Assembly: GCA_026026165.1 (NCBI GenBank)
Contig: JAPEUD010000049.1
Location: 174,309 to 194,308 of the forward strand
Origin: Sarea resinae
Taxonomy: Eukaryota
Reading direction: 5' to 3'
DNA: 20,000 nucleotides
The notes under the pieces: generated by a model
The model's database searches: none
Told to the model about the DNA's origin: nothing
The model's input: only the letters and a program-made list of their open reading frames with translations
Position numbers and translations under genes: made by a program
Shown here: positions 11,085 through 20,000 of the stretch, one piece after another
Position numbering within the stretch: position 1 is the stretch's first letter
How the letters are laid out: the number at the start of each line of letters is the position of its first letter

Positions 11085-11393
11085 TATAAGGGCCACTACT
11101 AATAAGGGTGCTGTATGCAGCTCGGCGCAGCGCAGGGTAACCACCTGGTGTGGTTCAGCAACGTTTAGGTAAGCTGAGCGAGGTCATTAGTTATATAGAT
11201 CAATAGGGGCGCTAGCTATTAGGGCTAGCGTTCAGTGCAATTACAAAGTCAGTGCCTACTAGCAATATCTATATCTATAGTATTAGTTCTGCATCGCTAG
11301 AGTGACGCTAGCACGCTGCAAGGCACTAGCCTATTTAATTATGCTATTCCTACCTACTCTACTATAGCTAGAAGTCTAAGAGGCAGTCTAACA
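11085..11393 (+). repeat. 5' LTR of the Gypsy element
   Basis: TATAAG (inferred TG before RIP)...TCTAACA. Gap-free match to 18156-18464 with about 17 differences, all transitions. Confidence 0.95.
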
Positions 11394-11396
11394 ATT

Positions 11397-11405
11397 CTAA
11401 ACGCT
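11397..11405 (+). other. Putative self-priming primer-binding site
   Basis: CTAAACGCT starts 4 nt after the 5' LTR. It is the exact reverse complement of AGCGTTTAG in the 3' LTR (18298-18306) and differs by one RIP-type change from AGCGTTCAG in the 5' LTR (11227-11235). Confidence 0.6.
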
Positions 11406-11517
11406 CTACTAACACAGTAGTAGACTAGGTAAGATAGCGACAATAAATACATGTAATACTATAAGGGCTCCTAATACTCTGCTAGGTAAGAGAGCTAATA
11501 GAGACAATAGTAAGACA

Positions 11518-14500
11518 ATAGCAAGCTAGGCAAAAGGCAAGGTTAAGGAGCCTGTCTCTAACTAGATCACTAATTAATTGCTAGACTAAATACAGCAAGA
11601 GTGTGACGCTAAAGAGCGGCAGGCTTAATATCGTTGACTCTAGAGAGAGATAGCCTAGTTCTATACAGAACAGCAACTACAAGCACTTGCATAAGTATTG
11701 CAGCTAGAACAAGGCCTTGCAGCCACCACGCTAGCACCCTGCATCACTAACTAGACTAAAATCCAAGCTCTAGAGCTATTTACAGGCAAGACAATTAAGG
11801 AGCATAATGAATTTGTCTAATCCTATAAGATAGCGTTCTAACTAGGTGCTATTGCAGACAAAAGTGATAATGTAGCAAAGGTGCTATATACTATGCAGTA
11901 CCTAAAAGACAAACTAGCGCTAGCGTGGCACTAGGTTAAAGAATCTACTAGAAAAGACACTTATACCTAGGATAAATTTGTCTTATTCCTGCTAGACTAA
12001 GTAGAAGATCTAGTAAATCAAGGTGGTTTAATATCACAGCTATACTATAACGCTACGCAGGCGCTGCACTAGAGCATTAATAGCTTTACAGCTTTCCTAG
12101 AACAGATTGAACTAGAAGTGCTAGGAGGATAAGACATCCCTAAAGAGCAGCAATACAACTTGTTCTATACTAAGATCTAAAGTGAAATTTACTAGGAACT
12201 GCTCTAAACCCTACTAATACCACGAAAGTAGAGCGCTGCTATAGCGTCAGCAAATTAGGTAGAGGAACTCCTTTGTATAAGCAATAAAAGGAATAAGAAT
12301 AAGAACCCTAATCTATCTAAGCTAGACAATAAGCGACAGCATAGCAATAGCGTAGAGAAGGGAAAGAGTTAGAACAAATAAGGAACTAAACGAAAGTTTA
12401 ATCCTACTAAACGCAAGGGCAAAAGCCTACCTCTATAAGAACAAAAAACTTCTGCTTAGCCTAAGGATAATAAAGGCGATAAGTCTATACAGTGGCCTTA
12501 ACAGCTCTCTAACAAAGAGTATTGCTGCAGGCAAGAAGGCAACCTTTGCCTAAACTGTAGCTAAGAGAGCTACTTTGCTTCTACTTGTAAGAATAAACGC
12601 AACGACAGGCCTACGCTAGCTTTATAACTAGAGCTAAAACCCTACACTATTTGCTATCTTAGTGTAGGAGAACCTTAAGGAGCTCTAACCCTAAAATTAG
12701 AGACGTCGCTAACTATTCGCACCTCTAGTAGTACAGCAGATAGCACTACCTTAATTGACTTAGGAGCAGAAGCTTCTCTAGTTTTGCAATTATAGATTAA
12801 GGAGCATAGGATCCCTAAGGCTAAGCTTAGGCAGCTACCTAGCGCAGTAACAGTGAACAGCTTGCAAGTAGCGATCTACAGCTAACACTAATTAGAAATA
12901 CAAGTCGCTAATAGTAATAGCGTGAGAAAGATAGCGTAGTGCTAGTTCCTTGCCTGCGACTTTAATAGTCCTCTATTCTTACTTAGGTATCTATAGCTGT
13001 CCTTATACCGCCACGATATGCGTTAGTTAGAAGGTAAATTTAGCTACGTTAAGCCTGTAGATAAGCCTAGGCTTAGCAAGGAACATTAGAAGAAACGTCA
13101 GCTAAACTGCTAAGGGATTATAGTAGTGCCTAAACCTATAGAGGCAGTGAAGCTTCGCTAGGTCAGCGCTAGTAACAAGATACCTAAACAGTATAAGGAA
13201 TTTGCTTCTGTCTTTAGCAAAGAGAAAGCTAGCTAGCTTCCTAAGCATAGCCTAGCCGACTATACTATTAAGTTAGAGAGTAAAGACTCTCTCTATAGTC
13301 CTATATATCTATTATCCTAGAAAGAATTAGGTATCCTACAGACCTACCTAGACAACAGCTTAGTAAAGAGGTAGATCACTCTCTCTATAAGCCCTATTAG
13401 TGCGCTAATCTTGTTTGTGCCTAAGAAGGATAGTAGCTTACGACTTTGCGTTGACTACTAGGCGTTAAACAAGGTCACTATTAAGAATCAATACCTATTA
13501 CCCCTTATTTCTAAGCTTATAGACTGAATAAGCAGTGCTAAAGTTTTTTCAAAACTAGACCTAAGAGATGCTTACTACTGCATAAGGATCTGCAAAGGCG
13601 ACAAGTATAAGACAGCGTTCTGCACTTGTTATAGCTAGTTTAAATATAAGGTTATGCTCTTTAGATTAGCTAATGCACCTGCTACATTTTAGAGCTATAT
13701 TAATTATGCGTTACAAGGCCTAGTTAATGTCTACTGCGTTGTCTATCTAGACGACATTCTTATATACTCTAATTCACCTAATAAGCATAAGAAGCATATA
13801 CACTAGGTCCTTAAACAGCTATTAACCTATAGCCTATATGCAAAGCCCTTAAAATGTGTCTTTAGAGTGTAGGAAGTTGATTTCTTAGGATTTGTTATTA
13901 GGACTAATAGTATCGCGATAGAGAAGAGCTAGGTAGACACTATAAAAAAGTGGCTAGCCCTTAAGACCTATTATAACCTCTAAGTCTTCCTAGGATTCGC
14001 GAATTTCTACTAATAGTTTATAGAGAAATACTCTATTAAAGCGCTGCTATTAACTAGCCTGCTTGCTAGGAGCAAGAATAGAAAGAAAAGCAGTCTATTC
14101 TACTTCTCTAAGGAAGCTAAGGAAGCATTTAAAGCCCTAAAAGAAGCTTTTACAACAGCGCCTATACTGCGCTACTACAATCTAAAGAGGCAGATATAAG
14201 TAGAAACAAACGCTTCTAGATTTGCTGTTGCAGCAATTTTATCCTAGCTAGTCAAGGATAAATAGGGCGTGACAACAGCGTTAAGGTAGCACCTAGTTGC
14301 ATACTAGTCTAGAAAGCTTACTAATACTAAATCGAGATATAAAGTGCATGACTTAGAGTTGCTAGCTATTGTAATAGCTTTTAAGCAATAGCGCTATTAC
14401 TTAGAAGAGGCTAATTACCCTATTAAGGTCTTAACTAACTATGCAAATCTACGCTACTTTATAACAACAAAGGAGTTAACCTGTCGCTAGGCTAGATAGG

Positions 14501-16833
14501 CTGAACAGCTAGCAGCGTATGATTTTAAACTTGTATATAGAGCAGAGAAAGCTAATCTAGCTAATAGGCTGTCGCAGCGCCCTAATTACAAGGTAAAGAC
14601 ATAGGGTCTAGAAGTGATACTTCTTACTCTATAGCAGAAGCTGCAGAACCTGCGTATGTTAAAGAGAGACAGCACTGTGCTAGTGATCTAAAACCTTCTT
14701 GCTAGAACAGATAATAAGTATCTAGGCGAAATAGGCGCTAATACACTAAAGGATAATGTGCATCTATAAGGGATTAAAAACCTCTCTAGGTTAAGGGATA
14801 ACACCTTGCCTACTGTTAATAAGCGACAGTAGCGCGCTAGGATAACACCTAGTCTAAGCGTAAAGGATAATGTGTATCTATAAAGGATTAAAACCCTTTC
14901 TAAGTTATAGGATAAAACCTAGCCTAATGTCAAAGAGCGATAGAGAGGCACTAGAGTGACACCTAGGCCTAGCCTAAATAACAATGCTAATAAGCTAGCA
15001 TTAGGAGATAAGTTTAAACACCTCTATATAAGACAAGCAATGCATAAGGCAGCTGCTAATAAAAGAGCGTACAACCTGCTAACAGGCTAGCTGCTTAACG
15101 TTATCCTTAGGACTTAGTAGGAAGATTATTTCGCTAAGGAAAAGATTAAAAGCATTTCTACTAAGGAGGTTACAGGCTAAGAAAAGTGGAAAATAGACTC
15201 TATAGGCCTGCTGCGCCTAGAAGGCAAAGCATATGTGCCGCGTGATGCAGCTATTAGGTTAGAAATCATAAGGATAAACTATAATAACCTGTTTAGTAGC
15301 TACTTTAGCGCTAAGAGAACGATAGAGGTGATCTAGTGTAAATACTAGTAGACTAATTTAGCTAAGGATGTCAAAGAATATATTAATAAGTGCGATATAT
15401 GTTAAAGGGTCTAGGTGCCTAGGCATCGCCTATACAGCGAGCTACAGTCGTTACCTATACCCTACTAGCTGTTTAAAGAAATCACTATAGATTTTGTGAC
15501 AGGCCTGCTGCTAAGCAACACAAGAGATTGCAAGGCCTATAACATAATAATAGTAGTAGTTGACTGCTATACAAAGATAGCGAAATATATTCTATGCTGA
15601 ACAAATCTGAATGCCGCTATACTTGCAGACATATTTGTTAACGTTATAACAACAGCGTATAGCAATCTAAAGCGCATTGTATTAGATAGGGGCAGTGTAT
15701 TTGCAAGCAAGTTTTAGTCAGCGATATGCTATTGAATGCGAATTAAGAACTAGCTTAGCACTGCCTTCTACCTGCAGACAGATAGCTAGACTAAGAGGCA
15801 AAACTAGACGTTAGAACACTACTTACAGTGCTATATAAGCAGCTGCTAGGACGACTAGGCCCTGCTGTTGCCTATAGCTAAGTATGCATACAATAATAGC
15901 ATACATTTGTCTATAGGAATGTCACTCTTCTATGCCCTATATAGCTATAACCTAGATCTGCAACTTAATATCACAGACAATGCTATAGAGAGAGAGGTGC
16001 TAGCAGCGAACAAGCGCCTTAACGTCCTCTAAGAGGTAAGACAAAGACTAGAAGAGGATCTTGCTAAGGCATAGCAGTACTAAGCTAAGTAGTACAATAG
16101 GAAACATAAGCTAATGCAATACAAAAGAGGCGATAGAGTTATGCTGTCAGCGCGCAACCTTAGCACTATACACCTGAGTAAGAAGTTAGAGCACTGCTAT
16201 ATAGGCCTATTTGTAGTACTTAACTCTATAGGCAAGCAAGCCTACTAGTTACAGCTCTCTAAGGCTTATAGATCTATCTACCTTGTATTTTATGTGTCGC
16301 TACTTAAGCGCTACTACAGCAATAGCAATACCTTTCACTAGCACTTTAAGCTAGTTAATAGCTAGGTTAAGTAGATTGTTAAGAAAATCCTAGGCTGTAG
16401 AGTACTTAAGAGAGAACAACAATATCTAGTTAAGTAGAAAAGAGCTCTAGTAGATAATACTAGCTAGGAGCTAGCAGAGCACCTAGCAAACGCTATAGAC
16501 CTAGTATAGGATTATAAACAGCACTTACTCTCTAACTAGTATAGAGGCCTAGCAAACAAGGAATAGGATGCTAGTGTGCTATTAACTAAGCCTTATAGTC
16601 GACTAAGGAAGCGACTGCTTAGTGATAACGCTGTAGAGGCGATAGCTAAGAGGCTAAGAGGCTACCTAAGGAAGAATCTACTACTCTATAAGGAACCCCT
16701 AGCTAGCCTAGAGATGCTAGTAACAAAACGCCTACAAGGAAGGCTATAGAAGTATAGCCTAAAGCTGCAAGTGATTGTAGGAAGGAGACCTTACAGCTGT
16801 CCTAGAAAGGACACGCTGTTGCAGCACTAGTAA
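11518..16833 (+). pseudogene. RIP-destroyed single-frame gag-pol polyprotein
   Basis: Every motif checked is in frame +1, with many TAA/TAG stops. Residues in brackets are inferred pre-RIP. Zn knuckle CLNC...(H)FASTC 12547-12588; protease LID(S)GA 12751; RT FVPKKD(GG)LRLCVDY(R)ALN about 13410-13470 and VYLDDIL 13741; RNase H VET(D)AS 14200; integrase (S)DRG about 15680 and STAF(HP)QTD(GQ)T(E)RQN about 15760; G(P)F about 16200; chromodomain 16369-16500. Both ends are approximate. Confidence 0.93.
14747..14974 (+). repeat. Two tandem 114-bp (38-codon) units in the RNase H-integrase linker
   Basis: TAAAGGATAATGTG(C/T)ATCTATAA(G/A)GGATTAAAA(A/C)CCT... starts at both 14747 and 14861. Confidence 0.85.
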
Positions 16834-17105
16834 GGAGCTGCTATTAGAACTCTTTCTACCCCTTTTACCTACAAAGGTTTTTAGGTGGTTTTAGCAAGCT
16901 AATATAGGGGTAGGCCTGCGATGCGATTGCATGCTAACAGCGTACAGTCTTTATAGAAGGCTATTAGGCTATAGGGCTACAATGCTACAGTTATAAGAGG
17001 AGATAAAGTCATAGAAAAGAAAAGTAAAATTAACCTCTAGCGCTGTCCTAGCGCGAACCTAAAGCTATCTAGTATACAAAGGAAACAGAAAGAACTACTA
17101 TCCTA

Positions 17106-17803
17106 TTACTAACTAGTCTGCCCTGCCTAGCCCTAACTAGCCTAATTGCTAGACCTCTCTAGAGGCGTAGTTGTATTGTTGTTATCCTTATTATCACTCT
17201 TACCTACATGTGTAACAGACAGCAAATCGAACTAGATAACTAGGTTAGCGCTGTTATATCGCTAGCGTTCTACATACAACTTACAGCAAACTAGAGGATA
17301 TTATTAAGGCTTTTAACGCTATTAGTGAGTTGTTCTGTCGCTACAGCTGTACAAAGCGCGTTGTTAGACAAGTGCTTGTTAGCAGCGTTTATATAGACTT
17401 TAACCTAGCGAGTGAATCGCCTCTATAGATTGCAGAGCGCAGCAGCTAACAGCTTCTTAGCAGGGTTATTATTAGCGTAGCTAACCACTACGTTAGCCGC
17501 CTTAGTAAGCTAGTTTAGGCGCTTGCAGAAGACTATAGGCACCTTTAGCACGCTAGGTCAGAGCCTAGCTAGCACTATATAGGAGTCACTTACCTAACTA
17601 CACTTCTTATACAACTAAGCACATTATATGCACTTTGCAGCTAATAAGGCCTTTGTACAAACAATATCTAGTGTAGACCTAATAACCTTAGCGCAGCAGA
17701 GGCAGACGTCCTAATTCAGTTCTATAGGCTTTTAGAGGGCGGTAGCAGGCTAGTTTACATGTAGCAGAGGCGCAGCAAAGCGTCTAGGATTTATAATAGG
17801 CAT
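17106..17803 (-). pseudogene. RIP-mutated antisense 3-exon accessory gene of the Gypsy element (exons 17803-17594, 17542-17285, 17231-about 17106; about 197 aa) with a Zn2Cys6-like Cys cluster
   Basis: ATG at 17803 and the pattern C-x2-C-x11-C-x8-C-x2-C-x6-C. Two phase-0 introns: GTAAGT...CTGAC...AAG (17593-17543) and GTAAGT...CTAAC...TAG (17284-17232). All internal stops are TAG/TAA that RIP can explain. The true stop is uncertain. Confidence 0.78.
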
Positions 17804-18140
17804 ATAGAACGTACCTAAAACATAGTGCAAAAAGTTTAATTATACACGCGCGCACTAGATCACCTACGTTTTATACCTACACACCTATAGCTAAGCAACC
17901 TCTAAGCGATAGAGAGAATGCCTAATGCAGACAGTTTAAAGCATTCACTCTATCTATTTACTGCTGCTACTCTAGCGCAGCGTTTAGCAAACTAAGCAAA
18001 TAGGACAAAGAACTCTCTTTATTATCTACATAAATTCACTGTTTGCAGCGAATAGCAACGCTACTAAGGCGCTAGCAAGACAAAGACTTAACACTATAAT
18101 GTTATACATCGCGAACAAAGGACCTAGAGGACTAGGTCCT

Positions 18141-18155
18141 AGGAGAGGAGGTAAT
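18141..18155 (+). other. Polypurine tract
   Basis: AGGAGAGGAGGTAAT immediately 5' of the 3' LTR. Confidence 0.8.
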
Positions 18156-18464
18156 TATAAGGGCTACTACTAATAAGGGTGCTGTATGCAGCTTAGCGCA
18201 GCGCAGGGTAACTACCTAGTGTGGTTTAGCAACGTTTAGGTAAGCTAAGCAAGGTTATTAGTTATATAGATTAATAGGGGCGCTAGCTATTAGGGCTAGC
18301 GTTTAGTGCAATTACAAAGTTAGTGCCTACTAGCAATATCTATATCTATAGTATTAGTTCTGCATTGCTAGAGTGACACTAGCACGCTGCAAGGCACTAG
18401 CCTATTTAATCATGCTATTCCTACCTACTCTACTATAGCTAGAAGTCTAGGAGGCGGTCTAACA
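18156..18464 (+). repeat. 3' LTR of the Gypsy element
   Basis: Direct repeat of 11085-11393 at offset 7071; ends TCTAACA followed by TTAA. Confidence 0.95.
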
Positions 18465-18850
18465 TTAAGTAGGTAGTCTCTTAATTATTACTAGGTACTA
18501 GGTACTAGTACTAGACAAGTGATATACTATAAATATACAGTTAAACCTACTTATAATAGTAGAGGTTTAAGAATCTAGAAAAGGTTTAACACTATTATAA
18601 GACCTAAAAAGGTTTAATATAGTCTTAACACTTAGAGTAGGTTTTAGAGACCTATAGAAGGTCTTAAAACTCTTAATACTATTATAATATAGTCTTAAAC
18701 TAGTTATAAAAACCTCTTTAAAGGCACTTAAGTACCTTAGTACTATATTAAGTAATTTTAAAACTGTGTTTAAACTGTGTTAAAACTATATTATTACTAC
18801 TATAAGTGTTAACACCTATAGAAATTATAAGACAGTACTATAACAGTGTT
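18465..18850. repeat. Unclassified, heavily RIP-degenerate AT-rich repeat relic
   Basis: Very AT- and TpA-rich, with short reiterated motifs (AAAAGGTTTAA, AATATAGTCTTAA, AAACTGTGTT). No recognisable protein motif. Confidence 0.5.
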
Positions 18851-19027
18851 TGTTATAAGGTAGTATAAATATATAAGTAAAGAAAGGTGCTAAAGAAGTA
18901 TAGTATAGAATAATTATATATTATAAACTTAGAGATTCTAGCTATAGAGGTAGAAGGCAGTTAATATATAGACTTAACTAACTTAATAGAAAATTCTAGC
19001 AATAACTAATTGTATAAGTGATTTGTA
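18851..19027 (-). mobile_element. 3' part of a Copia-type LTR in minus orientation (solo or 3' LTR, apparently interrupted)
   Basis: Reverse complement aligns with 19351-19528 over about 177 bp with one indel. It ends in ...ATAACA at 18851 and is not followed by a PBS. Confidence 0.75.
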
Positions 19028-19081
19028 TTAGAATTATAACCTTAATTCTAGTCACTCTTAAGTATCTAGACTATTATAGAA

Positions 19082-20000
19082 TGTTATATAATTGTATAGA
19101 TATATCTAGAAGCTTCTATAGACCTATAGAAGCTAATAGAATATAGTAGAACCTTATAGAATCTTATAAAACTTTCTAGAAGATTCTATAGCTATGCTGA
19201 CTAAGCATCACTATATGCTGACTAAGTATCTAAAACCTTTTAGATTACTCTAGAATGTTCTAGAACTACCTAGTAGTCTATAGAATCTCTTAGATATCTA
19301 TAGAATCTCTATAATATAAGAGTTATATAGTAACTATCCTCTAACTTTCTTACAAATCACTTATGTAATTAGTTATCACTAGAAGTTTCTAGTAAGTTAG
19401 TTAAGTCTATATATTAACTGCCTTACACCTCTATAGCTAGAATCTCTAAGTTTATAATATACAATTATTCTATACTATACTTCTTTAGGCACCTTCCTCT
19501 ACTTATATCTTTATACTACCTTTAAACAGGTTATAAGCCTTGCTAGCCTGCTAAAGAAGCCTATAATTTCGTGGTTTTTTCACCTATAGCCACTGAAATT
19601 CCTTTAAAGAAGAGTTAAACTTCCTCTTTTTCACCTAAAAAGACTAGGTCCTATAGTCTTTATAGTCCCTAGGCAGTTATATAGCCTCTTAGAGGTTATA
19701 TAACTTAACTTGCAGATAAGAACCACTTAGAGTAGACTGCTTAAACTAAGCCTATACTTATAGACATTGTGTATACACACACTTAATAAGGATTTTCCTA
19801 ATCCTTTGTGCTGCCTTATAGGCATAATCCCCTTTGAAGGGAAACACCTATAGGAGAGCAAGTTAAGTGCTTAATGTATGCTGCCTTTACCTAGTCCTAT
19901 AGTACCTATAGCTTGTGTCTATAGAACTATAGTATAGCAGCCTGTGTTCTGCACACCTTAGCAGCTTGTGTTCTGCAAAGCAGCCTTTGTGCCGCAATTT
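19082..20000 (+). mobile_element. 5' end of a RIP-mutated Ty1/Copia-type retrotransposon: LTR about 19082-19528, PBS 19529-19540, internal leader running off the window
   Basis: TGTTA...AAACA boundaries followed directly by GGTTATAAGCCT, the RIP form of GGTTATGAGCC seen after Copia 5' LTRs. The LTR has reiterated TAGAA/TTCTA motifs and two ATGCTGACTAAG copies. No coding motif is recognised in the window, and the LTR start is less certain than its end. Confidence 0.7.

Larger units (their letters stand above)
11085..18464 (+). mobile_element. Full-length Ty3/Gypsy chromovirus LTR retrotransposon (7380 bp), inactivated by RIP
   Basis: Two collinear 309-bp LTRs, a PPT before the 3' LTR, domain order gag-PR-RT-RH-INT-chromodomain, TTAA on both flanks, and extreme TpA enrichment. 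Confidence 0.96.

Noticed and set aside
12600..12750. Programmed gag-pol frameshift site
   Set aside because: The gag Zn knuckle and the protease motif are in the same frame, so no shift is required.
11518..16833. Alternative genetic code or stop-codon readthrough to explain the TAG/TAA-rich gag-pol frame
   Set aside because: The stops replace Trp, Gln and Arg codons by C-to-T/G-to-A changes alongside matching missense changes, which RIP fully explains. Neighbouring genes use the standard code.

Overview
Genomic DNA of a filamentous ascomycete (short GT-AG introns with CTRAC-type branch points; RIP-mutated repeats). The left 11 kb is gene-rich: TFIIB (minus) and ATP synthase subunit h (plus) as a divergent pair, a DUF1765/UPF0592-type gene, and a 7-exon DUS4-like tRNA-dihydrouridine synthase. 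A 965-bp non-autonomous DNA transposon (3829-4793) lies between ATP14 and the DUF1765 gene. It has a 9-bp TSD, perfect 21-bp TIRs and, at both ends, T-shaped double-hairpin structures that differ in sequence but share a fold. From about 10980 the DNA is AT-rich and RIP-degenerate, so the ORF track is empty. It contains a full-length 7.4-kb Ty3/Gypsy chromovirus (11085-18464) and then nested Copia-type LTRs. Reversing RIP by eye shows three unusual features of the Gypsy element: four AT-hooks after the chromodomain, a probable self-priming PBS, and a three-exon antisense gene encoding an atypical Zn2Cys6-like protein. All calls are from reading the sequence by eye; no database searches were run.
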